Assembly: GCA_015680685.1 (NCBI GenBank)
Contig: MNCI01000596.1
Span: 228,571-292,570, forward strand
Reading direction: 5' to 3'
From: Gnetum montanum
Taxonomy: Eukaryota; Plantae; Gnetophyta
Length of the DNA stretch: 64,000 bases
The notes beneath the pieces are model-generated. The model searched no databases. It was not told the DNA's origin and saw nothing but the letters and a program-made list of their open reading frames with translations. Of this stretch, positions 23,654 to 37,800 are shown one piece after another. The translations under genes and the position numbers were made by a program. Each line of letters starts with the position of its first letter. Position 1 is the stretch's first letter.

Positions 23654-23989
23654 ATATCTAATTAAGATAAATCTAGAAGATAGATTTAGAACATGAAGAT
23701 AGTAGGATAAAGATGATGCAATTCTCAATAGGGGACATATTGAAAATGGCTTTCTTAGCTTGAGAATGGATAGGACCCTTAACACTTTTAGCAAATTCTA
23801 TAACGTCTGGTTTACTGAAGCTTAGATCCATGAATTCATAAGAATGAGATGACCATGAAATGCTAACATTAGATTCATCAATTTCTTTTAATGATGATGT
23901 TTGACCCATGATAATGAATTAGGAGCTTAGCATAGTTTCCTGTAGCACATCTAGACATGAGATGGCAAAGACTTCGAGATCAATATAAA

Positions 23990-26900
23990 TCATTACTTCT
24001 CTATCCTTCCATGAAAAGTGTATTTCTTGGTGTATAGGTGAGTAAAATGTAGGATGGTAAGGTAACTAAGGCCTTTATAAGATAACATTTACTCTTAATG
24101 AGTCCCTAATTGTCCCAAAAATAGCTTATAAAATAATATAATTTCCTACCAAGAAAAGTAATTTAATCAAGTCTATATCTCTACTTTAGCTATGGTAGAC
24201 AAAATTAAAGTAGAGTTGAGGTTGGAGTATGTGACCTATTTTTTCAGGCCAAGACACTTGATGACAATGCATGAAATGATGTTAGAACTAGCTCCATCAC
24301 CCAAGTGTACTAGAGGTAGCATTATGTTATCTTTGATCTCTATGATTATGTAGATAGAAAGCTAGCATATAACACGCATGATGAAATGGATTCTAATCTC
24401 CTTCCCTTTGAATACCAAGCAATTCACCTCATACCATGGAATGTTGAGCATCGATGAAATAGCTTAAGCATGGGGCTTGATGCCTAGTAGCATGATGATG
24501 AGCTTTAGAAGCTCCTTCGATACCAAGAAATACTCATTGGAGGTGGAAATGAGGTCTAAAAGGGAAAGAGTCATTTCTTTTAACTTAATCAGTATAATGT
24601 TTTGGGGCAAAGCCTAATTCTTTGTTGTTGAATCTTTTAAAGGTGGAAGCAGTGGAGGAAAATTTGACAATCAAGTGGTTAACATAGTTTTTGGAGTGAG
24701 CATAGATATGTTTTGAGACTTCTAGAATACCATCTTCTTCTTCCACTATGGCAAGGATTGCTTAATGGCTTCATTCTTTTTCTTTCCCTTATTAGGTGTT
24801 ATCTTATTTTGCACACAGGTAAGGATACAAATTAGAGATGTGAAAGTAGAAAGTAATGATGGTTTCTATGAGGTGGATAAGAATAAGAGGTATGATGGAG
24901 GAGGTACTAAATAAGATCAAATAAGGGAAAAATCAGCTAGGCAAGATGGAGTAGGCAAAGACAACCTACTCCTCTATGATGATAAAAGGTTAGAATTCAT
25001 GGGATTTTGAGGGGTAGAAGGAGTGTCATAGTATGGTATGAGATCTATGACAAATGAATCTCTTTGTGCCCTTTGGGTAGCTGAAGTAGAATTATGTGTA
25101 GAAACATTAATAACAAATTGTTTCTTGGATTTAGAAGGATTAGTTTATAAGAACACTTGCAAATTAATTTGAGAGAAAATGATCTAAATAATGAAGGATG
25201 TTTTGGGATGTTTGCCTTTATATTTAAGGAAGAATTTATATACTTTTCTTGAATGGGAATTCAAGTGATGTTTAAAGATCTACATGTCTTAATTGTCAAG
25301 TTGAACTGGTGTATTAAAAAATATTCTTCCTTTTTTAACAAGAAACTAAATGTCATCTTTGAATGCATTGTAGTTGTTTGTGTCAAGACCTACAGCCCCA
25401 TGGTAATAATAGAATTTGTTAAGATTGTATCATCTTAGGTTGGGTGGATCTCCTTTTATATATTGGGAAGGATCTATGACTAAAGTCTACAACCATCTAA
25501 ATCTACACCATGATTACTCTTAAACCTATTTTAGGGTTATGTTCCCATCTCTCAGTAGCATGTTATAGAGCTAAGTGTAGGTCATTAGAAATGTATGGTA
25601 TTGGGACCAATCCTTAGACTATCCCGTTTCTTGGTTTTCATTTGATGAAGTTTGTCTAGCATTATTGGTAGTGGATGGGGATGCTAGTGAAGTTTGATTT
25701 ACCAAAGCTACTATTTATCTTGTAATTGTGGAGGCTTTTTATTTTTCTACTTTGTTGGTTCTATTGTAGAAGTTAAGCCATTTTGGGTCATTACATTGAA
25801 TGGTTATCTCCTTAAGGTATTTTACTAAAGTGATGGATTCATGGAGGCTAAGTGATCTATGGTAGACCAGCTTGCCTCTAAGATAGTCATTAATAGATAC
25901 CTTGAAAATATCCAATATTTGATCATCAAGTAGGGGATGAGTAAGATCCATCGTTGCGAAATTCCATTAAGAGATGAAGTTCGAAATGGATTTAGTGGAT
26001 GCTTACGTGATGGCCAGTAGTTTCTACAATATTTCATCCCTACTAATATTGTATTTGAATCTCTCCACAAAGGCTATGAAGAGCTATTCCAAGAATATGA
26101 TGGTTCCACGAGGAAGGGATCTATATAATTCAAGTTTTTTACCTATCAATGAGTTTGAAAATTTTTGCAAGATGATATGAGGATAGCTAGCCAACAATGT
26201 GTACTCATTGCAGAAAGTGATAACATGATTTGTGGGATCAATTTCACCTTTATACTTCATAAAATTAGGTAATGAGAATTCCTTCAAAACTTGGGTAGGT
26301 ATTATCAAGAGGCTAATGGGTTTAACATGAAGATGAACAATAAAAAATGCAAGACAACCTCCATGTAATGGTATGGGTTTTTATGTTTGATCCTCATTAG
26401 CTTGCAACCTAGATGATGATAAGTTTTGGAGTAAGGGCATTAGTTTAGATGAAATACTAGGGATTGATGACATGGGTGGGTTGTCCAAAATGGAGTTATA
26501 AATAGGCAAATTTGGCTAGAAAGATGCAAAAGTACACATGTAAACATGATGTGAAACATTATATTAAGATATATGCAACTACTAGACTTGTGATATTAGG
26601 AATGATAGTTCGAATAAGCTTAGCAATCAATTAGGATTTTGAATCTACACATGAGCTATGGGATTAATAGTGGTTATGCTTAGAAGCAAGATATATGCTT
26701 ATGACAAGGTTATTATAGGTTGGGTGGTAGTAGCTAGAGCATTGGTAGTACATGCAACAGGGAAGAGCATGCATGAAGAATGCATTAGTGGAGTTTATGA
26801 GGTTGACATGTTGTAGGATTGGATTTTTTGATTGTGTGATATCCTGAGGAAAGAATTCTATAGATAATGAAGCATGAGGGTTCTCATTCTCATCATCATC

Positions 26901-27338
26901 ATGAATGCTAAGGCCACCACTTTTGTTGTGATGGTCTTGGAGTTGATATCTTTTGCTAAAATTAATGTTGGGATGTTCCACCAAGAAGTCCATCATAACT
27001 TGTCTTTGTTAGATTTCGACACTAGAAAGCACTTGAATTTAATCCTTGATGGCAAGATATTCTACCAATGCATTCATTTCACATTTATTCAATTCCACAA
27101 GTTGGTTGGAATCTAGAAGAAAAGGCTTCAAGTTATTGAAAGCCTCATAAGTAGCCATCCTCCACAACTCACTCTTAGCAAGTTTAATGTTTAACTCCTT
27201 CTTAGTAAATGTGATTTTATAATCATGTTTGATCATGGATGCCATGAATGCTTGAGATTTCCACCTTTTCATCAATCTACGAACTTGAAGACCATGAGAT
27301 GAATCAAATCTTTGACTAGAAATGATGTTAGAGAGCAT
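23990..27338 (-). pseudogene. E3 gag-protease, degenerate
   Basis: ORF pieces 27039-27338, 26664-26996, 26084-26308 and 25739-25951 plus protease motifs, in gag-to-PR order. Confidence 0.72.
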
Positions 27339-27568
27339 CTCTTACACACACTTGGAAACAAGGGTCAACTAAAAATAAGAAAAGAGTATAATATGTAAAA
27401 CCTAGGTAATAATGTTGAAAGTATGAAAAGATAAAAATGCTAGAAATGGCCTATGGACATCTAGGCAATGGATTCAAGACATTAGAAAACCTATTGGCCC
27501 TTGTTCTAGTGTTGAAAATGTTCTTACAGAATTGTTCGTTCACAATCTTACAAGAACACGTCCACAAA

Positions 27569-29157
27569 TGAAATGTTAAGTATCTAATCAATGACCATAA
27601 ATGATCTTTGAAATGATGTAACCCTTGATATATTAATGATTATAAAATGAAGGAGTATAAACCTATAATCGAACACAAACTTAGCCTACCAAGTAGCACA
27701 GAATCGATAGAGAAATGATTAAGTGATGGTGACATTAATGTTTAAAAACTAAGGTAATGTAAGGAATGTAAAATAAAATCTAAGTAATTAAAATAGGTAA
27801 AATGTATGAAATTAATGAAAAAATGGAAAACCTTATGTTTCATAAAGAGTTTAAGTTCCCTTACCAAAGAATGAAAATGTTAAATTAAATAGATGACTAG
27901 AATTTACCTCTTATGGAGGGCCAAGTGCGACAATGATGGGATATAGAAACTATGGAGTAAAACTAATAATAGATACTTAGCTTATGAGAAAACTATGGGT
28001 TTTAAGATTAAAATATAACCTCTATTAGATGTAGATATGGATGGAAGGGATATTAGTACTACTTGAAATTTATTTGGGGTCAAAATAGGGTTATTTTCAT
28101 GAATTGTCACATACATGATGTTGGTACTATAGACACTAACATTGGTACAAGTGACACTGATGCTAGTACATGCATGTACTACAGGTAACTTCGATATCAA
28201 AATTAAGATTTTAAACTATAGGGAATTTTGAGGTGGCCATGAAGCATGTAGGTAATAGGGTGGATGTAGGTGTTGGCTCTTCAAATCTCTAGAAACTTTA
28301 AAAATGTTCTCAAACCCTAAGAATTTAGCCTAGATGTGATGTTTTGGGTTGGTATTTATAGGGTTAGGGTTTCTAAATTTAATTCTCAAGTCAGGTGTAG
28401 TTAACTTAGAGTATGTTTTGAAAACTTAGAATATGTGCTAAGGTAGGCAATGCTGATGCTAGTATTAACATCACCTATGTTAGCATCTATACATGTACTT
28501 TCTCTTACAATGACATTCCAAGATCCTAGGAGCCACTGTCATCACCGGAACTAATATCAAACACATCATGATGATGCCAAATGAACACTAGGGTTCTCAA
28601 AAGGTTAAAACTAAGATGAAAATATAAACCTGATATACATGTTAAATATTTTACCAAGGTAGGTGCATTAGCATCACTTGATTACACTTAGAAAAATTTT
28701 CATGTTTCATGTGTTGTCTCATGTCTTCTAAAGCTTAACGAAACTATCAAAGTTGATGCTTATCACCTCAGGACTAATGTAAACTTGCTATTGGAAGTTT
28801 AGGGGAGTCAAAAATACAATCAAAAGATAATTTTATGATGTATGTTAAAAATTTGACTAAGGGAGGTGATGCTGACACTAATGTCAACATTACCTAGTAA
28901 ACCTTTAAAAAATTTAGTCCTAGTTAACCTTCAAAAAATTTAGTCTCATATATCTTAGAGCTTGTCAAAACTCACCAAAATTAATGTCTATAACCTTAGG
29001 ACTCATGTAGACTATCCACTAGAAGTTCAACAAAGTTGAAATGGCAGCTAATAGACAAGTTTTAAGAAAGGTGATGCAATGGAGGCTATGACAGGTCATG
29101 CTAATACTAGTGTCATAATCACTTGTATTACCTAGATGACACTATCAAAATTCATCA
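27569..29157 (-). repeat. Putative E3 5' LTR (boundaries uncertain)
   Basis: Starts TGATGAATTTTG on minus at 29157. TATA CCCTATAAATAC with telo-box-like AACCCTA at ~28352-28372. The left boundary (tgaaatg) is a guess, and no clear PBS was found. Confidence 0.5.
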
Positions 29158-30065
29158 AAAATTATGCTCATATGATGGACCATGACCTAAAACATCTCCC
29201 AAGGACTTAGGGAAGCCCAAATCATGACTCATGATGATGATGATTTTGGGGCATTTTAATAACCCAAATGGATGTAACAATGTCGAAACCACTCTTGTCA
29301 CAATTGCTAGAGAGCTGAAAAAGAAGGTACAATAACTAGAATTAAATATATATGAGGAAAAAACATAATGTTGGAAATCTAAACTAACTAATAAGCATAA
29401 CTCAATGACATACCATAACATCAAAGACATAGCAAACACAAAAATGTAAGGTAAACATAAAACCTAAACATTCAAAAATATGAATTGTTACAACTTGCAC
29501 ATAGGATGTTGCTAACTTGGAATAATCTTAGAAAGTACATATTTCATAACCCAAGTAGATATTTTATTTTCATGCATAAAAAAAGAGTATCTATCATCTC
29601 TTCCATGACTATTGCTTCACCATTGCAATGTATCGAACCCTTTAAACGTGACTCGATCCTCTCAAGATTTTTGGTATAGATCACATGATGATCTCCTCAA
29701 TGGTGGATGCCACATCATCTCTTAGTGTGTATTTCTATATTAGTTATTATGGCATCTTCATAATTGTTACATCTTGAAAATTCAACATGCATATTATTAT
29801 CATTTTTCTTAAATTCATTATCATTATCATATCTTTAATATCGACAAGAAAACTCTAGAACCAAGATTTTCTTGTAACATCAATATTACATCAAAGTATA
29901 GCATATAAAGTGGAATTTAGGCCTAATCCTTAAATAGATTAGGGTTCAAACAATACAAAATGCAACATAGATCATGAAGCATCAAGTTTTAACCAAGTAT
30001 GACTTCACAACTATCCTACTTTCCTACCTCCATTGGTTGCATTTGTGGATCTTTTGGTTTTGGTA

Positions 30066-31964
30066 TGTCAAAACTTTAAGAAAAATGGAAGAAAATTTTG
30101 TTTACATGTCTATGATTGCTGTGCTTATAGGAAAAAATTGAGCAAGAGCAAATAACTCAAGGACTCGCAAGGAGATTTGAGATTACAAGGACTTAAGGAA
30201 GCATGGATGAATACAAATAATTCAATAAAAATGTGTCTATTTTTGTTTAGGATGATTCTTAGATGATTTGGCATGTTTTAGAGTGTTTTTGGATCATTTT
30301 GATGAGTCTAGGAGGTTATAAGATCTATGGGGACTTGTTTGAAGGCATCTAGAGGCTCCCAACATCAAAACAGGTAGTTTCATTTTTGGCCCCTACAAAA
30401 GAGACATCTTTCCTATACCAAAGACATCTTTTTTGTAGGTAGCATAGTCAAAGGCATGTCTAAAAAAAATAGACATTTTTCATTAGAAAAAGATGTCTTT
30501 TATCAAACAAAGATATCTTCCCAGAATACAGGCCAGTGGCAGAAAGGAATCTTCCACAAGAAAAAGATGTCTTCCAGAATGGAGATTGTAGAAAGATGTC
30601 TTTCATGAAACAAAGATGTCTTCCCAAAATTGAAGGAAAATTTAGAGAGACATCTCCCATGATCATTAGTGACCATTATCTAGCCATTTCATGAGTTTCA
30701 AGAAGAATTTAGCAATAAGATCGCTATAAGAAGACTTGATGTGCATCGGGAAAAGTACAAGCTTTGTCGTATTCATTTTACAGTCATTTGTAATCATTGA
30801 ATTCTCTATTGCTTCTCATTGTATTATCATTTTGGCATTGTAAAGTGTGTTGTACTTAATTGTACAAGGATCAACAAACTGAGTTGCAATTATTCCTTGT
30901 AATTATTTTTCTTGTTACCCTACGGGGTTGATGTGCTTGAGCTTATTAGGATATTGCGAGATTGAGTTATTGATGCTATGGTACAACACTTTGGTGTGGA
31001 GCTCAAGATTGTAAAGGTTGTGAAAGCCTTGAAATCAAATTTCCAAGCCTAGTGGAACCTTGTGAGGTTGAGTGATTGGTGTTGTTGTACAACACTCTAG
31101 AGTGAGGCTTGATGACTATACATGGTGTGGATCCTTCAACCATATTTTGAGAGCAACAAAGTTTGGAGATGTATGCTTACAAACTACCCTCTGAGTGTGA
31201 ACTACCCAAGTTGGGAAACCATGTTAAAATTGGTGTGTNATAGTCTAGAAGAAGGTTGTACTTAGGGCTTACAACCATAGTCAATAAGTTTTCTAACTAA
31301 TAGGAAGTGATGTGGTGGCCTTTACCATATAATCTGAACTTCAGTGTTCTTTCTACTTAGACCACAAGTAACTATAAGTTTGGAGGTTACTTGGTAGAAA
31401 ATTCACTAGATACTATGAAAAGATAATAATAATATCAATGAATATGAGATTATATGTTTGCTAGGCCATTGTTATTATCTTATTAGTTGAGCTAGGATAC
31501 TATCCTTTAGAGTTCTTACTAGTTGAGTTAGGATTATGTTGTTATGGATAATCAACCTGTGATCAACTTTATGCTAGACTGGATACCTAAAAGACTTATT
31601 TGATAAGATTTTGATACCATAATAGTTTTTTAATACATATTAATACCATTCTAGTCATGTTGTCTAGGGGACAACAAAGAAGAGATCTAGCTACTTGAAG
31701 AGCATTGACTCTTGTTGCATGAATGATGCATGTAGATGATGTAGATGTTGTAGATCATTGAACTTAGAAGTAGAGGGGGGTGGGATGAATAAGTTTCCCA
31801 AATAAAAATTCTTTTAAACACAAAGCACACACCAATTTTAACATGGTTTCCCAACTTGGGTAGTTCACACTCAGAGGGTAGTTTGTAAGCATACATCTCC
31901 AAACTTTGTTGCTCTCAAAATATGGTTGAAGGATCCACACCATGTATAGTCATCAAGCCTCACT
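30066..31964 (+). repeat. Probable solo LTR of another family; its 3' end lies reverse-complemented in ~31745-31964
   Basis: TG start, AAAGACGTCTTT-derived array at 30398-30655, TATA-like CTATAAG at 30724. When 31240-31964 is flipped it overlaps 31101-31238 exactly and continues into ATTCATCCCACCCCCCTCT, a typical LTR terminus. Confidence 0.55.
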
Positions 31965-31988
31965 NATCGCTAGTATAATGTGACTACT

Positions 31989-32807
31989 TGATGAGTAACA
32001 AGATACCCCTATGCCCAACCATACGAATCACAAGCATTCAGGTGTGATTTGGTCAAATTCCGTAGACTTTAAGTTCTTAAGTACATTGGTTTTAAGATGT
32101 GAAATCTAATTGGAATGATTGTTGTCTTCTTAGATCCACTTGCGAGGTACAATTAGATGGTTAAGTGCAATTAAGGTATATGATTTTTATCATTTTTTAT
32201 TTTATAAGTTTAATCACTTAGAACAATAATGAAAGGTAGAGTAATTTAGAATCTAATTCATCTACTGCCTAGCTAGCCTAACACAAGTACCTATACCCAC
32301 TCCCTTGGACACATCTTGAAATCATATAGCATGGTTATCAAATGTTAAGCATTTCTAGGTTATCAAGAACTATATGTATGCTCGAAGTGGTCATGCATGT
32401 GTTCATTAACAACTAAAAATTAATTACTTAATTTAATTGTATTAAAGTAAAGTGCATGAGTATTAAATGCATTAGGAAAACATTAATCTATTCTTTGTGC
32501 TTCAAGGATGATCAAAAGGGTTTGTTTTCATTCTCAGCACACTATTGTGCTTAGGTACATCAGTGCTTGAACAAGGATCTGTACACACTCAGACGCCTAC
32601 TGCGAGAACTCAGAAATATTCTAAATCTAGAGAAAACAAATTGTAAGAGTTTTGCTATCTATGAAAAAAACTAATATGAAAATCATAAGCCCAAGTGCTA
32701 TATTTATAGGCTAGCATATACCCTTGTGATATCAAATATTCAACATCACATCTTGAGCTCCGATATCAGGTATATGATATCAAAGCCAGTCAAAACATGA
32801 TTCATCA
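31989..32807 (-). repeat. E4 3' LTR (819 bp)
   Basis: Direct repeat of 41089-41936. PPT tacccccatgact follows at 32808. Confidence 0.92.
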
Positions 32808-34809
32808 TACCCCCATGACTAAATGAAAACTCATCTTTGAGTGAAGAATAGGAGGAACAAGCTCCTTACAAAATATTGGGAAGGTATGGGATTATTGAAT
32901 GACATAGAAACTGACTCAAATGGAACAAATAGACTTCTAAGTGCTTGATTATACAAATTAGAATCTTTTACAAAATTGGGTGTTTATGACAAGAGAAGAG
33001 AACATCCTAGACAAAACTAACATCCACTCCTTTGGTAGCTGAAGAGTAAAAAAGAAGATTCAACGATCATGAAGAGCTCTCATCACATGGTGTTACTACT
33101 GTTGTTTCCTTTATGAGGACAGCTTTTCTTCCACTCCACGTGTTCTGTCAACTCTTTCCACTACAATCACAACAAAATCATGAATTAGTGTGCAATGTGT
33201 AACATATAGCTTTGAAATACTTTGTCTTGTTAGTGGTTATACTTGGCTAGGTCATGATTATGATGGATTAATTCCATTAGTAGTGTTAGCAGGAAGAATG
33301 AAAAATAAGGTATCATGAATAAGTGGTCCATCAAATTTGAAAAAGTTGACATGTAAGGAAATGCTTGAAGAGTGTTTAAGAATTCACAACAATAACTATA
33401 AAAAGGTTTCATTGAAAAATGTTATGAAGATGCACACAATTGGATGTCATTGATGAGGTAAACAATAGGATTTGATTGTAAGAGTGTCTAAGGATAAAGA
33501 ACTTAACTAACCCAACCAAAAGACATGCAAGTGGGTCCTCCCCAAAGCAGGCATTGGCTTTTTATTTCCCTTTCATAAATTCAAATCAAGGAGTTCATAG
33601 GCCCCATGGATGATTAATGGTTACAGAAGGTTAAGTACAAAAACCCAAAAGAAACTACCTAAGAATTTTGACACATCAAACTAGGACATTGAACAAGAAC
33701 ATGAAACCGACACTGAGGTGAGACATGGAAAGCATAGATGGATGAGAGAGAGTGTGGAATGGAGTTGCTAATTAAGGTTACATGAAGTCCTTAGTGAAGT
33801 TTATGGTTAAATGACTTGATAAGATCCATCCTTAGTCCATGCCAAAACCAACCACATTTAGTGACTTCGCATCATCATTCTAAGACTAGTTCACCCCATT
33901 GAGACACAAGAGTGCTTTCATAGAATAACCACTATTCCTTATTAGAGAAGAAAATAGAAGTAGGAAGTGAGGAAGGGTCTTAGAGGGGACCTTCAGGCAT
34001 GGTAACATGTCTTTCTAGTTCCATAACAAGTGCTTGTAGCTCGTTTATTTTGTCTAAAGGATGTGCTTTGAATTTCCATCATTTTTTTTGAAATGGGAAT
34101 TATACCATGCAAAGACTTATTTTTTTATTATGTCTAAGGGATGTTCTTTGAATTTCCATCATTTTTTTTCATTTTTATTTTTTATATGGGAACCACACCA
34201 TGCAAAGATTTATTCAACTTCTTGTTATTGGTCGACATGAAACAATAAAAAATCCATTGAAACACAAATGCACCCAAGTATGTAGAAAGGCACAAAGAAT
34301 ATAAAATCCCCTTGAAGTCACATCTTGTTCAAACCTTTGAATCCTTTTCAAGTCTGGAAACTACCAAAGTTACAAATTTGTTATAGTTTTGTTAATGAAA
34401 AAGGAACTGCATATTTCTAGAACAAGGAAAATGATAGAGTTTGTGGATGGGTGAATGTTGTGGACTCACTACCTATTTTAGGAAAAAATAAACCATGTCC
34501 TAATTATTTTTAAGAAAATTCAAAGCTAGAACCTAGACACCAATAATCAAATACCAAAATAGTGCATACCACCATCAAGAAGCAAATTACCACTATGCCT
34601 AGCACTTATTAACAAAAAGTTAGAAAATTACACCAGAATAAAAGAAAATATAAAAGAAAGTGTAAAATATTCAAGAAATAGTAGAATGTACTAACGATAT
34701 TGTAAAAAAAATCAAAAAAGATCAATAACATGAAAACAAGAAGATGTAAAATAAAGAATGTGTAAAACAAAAAGGGTGAAAAACTGAGGAGCCATTTATA
34801 TAGTTAGCA

Positions 34810-37800
34810 TCGATGGCCATCTCCCCTACAACTAAGTTGAAAGTAGGAGATCTGAAATATTGAGCATGGGTGCCCATTTGATGAGGTGTGTGGTGTATTA
34901 GCTAGCTTATGCTTGTGGAAAGGTTTGACTTGTTAACCAGCTGTTTCTTGTTTGGGCTCTTAGGTTTGTAGATCATCATGGCCCCAAAAGAAAAAGTTTC
35001 ATAAATTATATAAGGTCCTTCACGCAAAATTTGAAACTTAGTTCATTGAGGTACATGTATGGGATTCCAGTAGATAACCTTGTCTCCTAGTTGAAATTTG
35101 ACTTTCTTGATTTTAAGGTTATGACACTTTTTGTTAAATGCCTTGTACAACTCATTAGATGATAGGGCCACTAATCAATTTTCATCTAGCAAGTTGAGAT
35201 TAATTAGTCTTTCTTTTTGTGCTAGACTGAAGTCAAGGTTGATGTCATAGGTTGTTGAAAGTGTATAGAGCTCAGATTGAATAGGAAGTGTTGGTAATTT
35301 TCTGTACATAAGTTCATAGGGAGAGTAGCCTATAGGAAGTTTCCATGTTTAGCGGTAGGCCCAAAGGGCATCATTGAGCTTTGTGCTTTAGTCTTTCCTA
35401 TATTTGCTAACATTTCTTGTTAGAATCCCTATGATTTCCCTATTGTTAACCTTAGCTTGACCATGGGCTTGGAGGTGATAGGGTGTTGTGAGTTTATATT
35501 TAACCCCTAGGCATTACATGAGCTTTCGAAAGGTAGTGCCTATAAAGTGAGTTCTATTATCAAAAATTAATGCACATGGCATACCAAACTTGTTTACAAC
35601 ATTTTGTTGTACAAACCAAGTAGCAGTAGAAGATGTAGAGTCAATGATGGTTGTTTCTTCCACCCATTTCATACAATAGTCAATAGTGACTATGATGTAC
35701 ACCTTTCCATTTGACATGGATGTGGTGGAACCCATAAAGTCAATGTCCTAGATGTCGAAGGGTTCTAGTGGTTGAATCCATTGTTGAGGTTCCTTAATTC
35801 GAGTAGTCATTGCACCATCTCATTAGCAGCATTCACAAGAGTGGACATATTAATGAGCATCCTTGAAAATTATTGGCCAATAGCCATGCGTCTCCTAGCA
35901 TAGTGCTCCCATAATGACTTTCATGAGCATCTTGGAGAATGCACAATTGATCAACATCAGGGACACACTAATGAACCAGGCCATCAGTGCACACCTTGTA
36001 AAGGTGTCTGTTGATCTCCATGAAGCATTTCACTTGGGTGAAGAAACTATTATTTCTTTCAGTGGTCCAACCCTTATGACATCTCTTGGATGAGAATATA
36101 AGTGAGAATGTCATCATACCATTTAGCTCATTGGGTAATTATTTAGTTATAGCCCTAGCAAAGAGGAGATCATTAGGAAACATATCAGATAAGTGATCAA
36201 CAACCAAATTCTCAATGCCCTTTTGATCTACCATCATGAAATTGAATTCATGTAAGATCACCAACCATCACATGACATGGGGGACTCATCGTTGGCTTGT
36301 TCATTAGGAAGAAGATGGCACTGTGGTTCATGTGCATAAACACCTTGTATTCAAGTACATAATGCCTAAATTTTTTTAGAGTAAATACCACTGCCATCAA
36401 TTCTTTTTTTGTGGCAGTGTAGTTTAGTTGTGTACCCACAATGCTTCAGCTAGCACAATGAATGTAATATAGAAATTTCTTGTCATCCATCTACATAAGC
36501 ATAGCTCCCAAGGCATAATTTGATGCATCCATCATAACATGAAACATTCTAGACTAGTCGGGTGCTTGTAGGATTGGAGTTTCTACAAGTTTCTCTTTTA
36601 ACTATTGGAATGCTTGTTTGCATTTTGCAGTCCAAACAAATGGAGCATTTTTCTTTGTTAGGTCCATCAACGATTTTGCAACCTTAGAGAAATTCTCTAT
36701 GAATCGTTATAATAGCTAGTATGTCCAAGGAATGACCAAACTTCTTTGGAATTTTTTGGTTGATCAGATATTCCTTAGATGACCCTTATTTTCTCATGGT
36801 CTACCTTAATTTTTTTTATGATATTCTATGCCCTAATACAATGCCCTCTTGGACCATTAGGTAACTTTTTGCCAGTTGAGCTTGAGGTTTATCTCAACAC
36901 ATCATTTTAACACTTGCTCAAGATGGTGCAAGGCTTGCTCAAATGTAGCTCCATAGGTGGAGAAGTCATCCATAAAGACTTCCATACCACTACTAATTTG
37001 TTGTTGAAAAGTGTCTAGAACAAGTGTTGGAATGTAGCAAGGGCATTACATAGACCAAATGGCATCTTGCGATATGCAAAAATCCCCCAAGGACTCATGA
37101 ATGTTGTTTTGGCCTAGTCCTCTAGCAAGATTTAGGTTTGGTTATAACCACTATAACTATCCATGAAACTATAGTAGCAATGCCTAGAGATTGTGTCTAA
37201 TACCTGATTAACAAATGGTAATGGAAAATGATCTTTGAATGTTGTTATATTTAGCAGTTGAAAATTCATGCAAACCCACCATTTCCCACCTTTCTTAGGA
37301 AAAATAACACGTGGACTAGCCCACTCGTTATCTGCAATGGGATAAATGAAATTTGAGGAATTGTTCAATTTCCTTCTTGATGATCTACTTTAGTTTGGGG
37401 TTCAATTGCCTTTGTGGCTATCTCTTTGGCTTCATGGTTAGGTTGATGTAGATGCAATGTTTGCATATCCTAGGATCAATCCCTATGATTTTAGGATCTA
37501 ACTAAGCAAAGGTTGCAGACCATTTTTCAACCACATTTAACAACATCATTTTCTATTCTAGAGTAAGACTGACATTGATTATGATTCGCTTTTCATTCTT
37601 TAAGAACACATATTCCATGCCGGATGGTAGAGTTTTTAGTTCAAGGGGCTCTTGCTTGAAGTTTTCAAGAATTTCCAACTCTTCCCAATAGGTATCATCA
37701 TTTGCATCATCAGAGAGTTGGTGATGAACTTGCTCTAGTTCATCCATCTTTGCAACATATGCACATGTCAAGCTCTCAGTTGGTTCTATGCAAAGTGTGC

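Larger units (their letters stand above)
23654..29157 (-). mobile_element. E3: Tat-like Ty3/gypsy element, 5' part only (interrupted by E2), highly degenerate
   Basis: Minus-strand gag LPNFMKYKGEIDPTNHVITF...SLIGKKLELYRSLP (26084-26308) and protease LGDGASSNII...SPIHQEIHFSW (~23990-24310) are homologous to E2 (CPIHQEMHFSY). Confidence 0.75.

Noticed and set aside
31101-31964. 138-bp perfect inverted repeat as a TIR transposon or hairpin-RNA locus
   Set aside because: Both arms end at single-N scaffold joins, identity is perfect in old DNA, and flipping the middle restores a continuous LTR. An assembly artefact is more likely.
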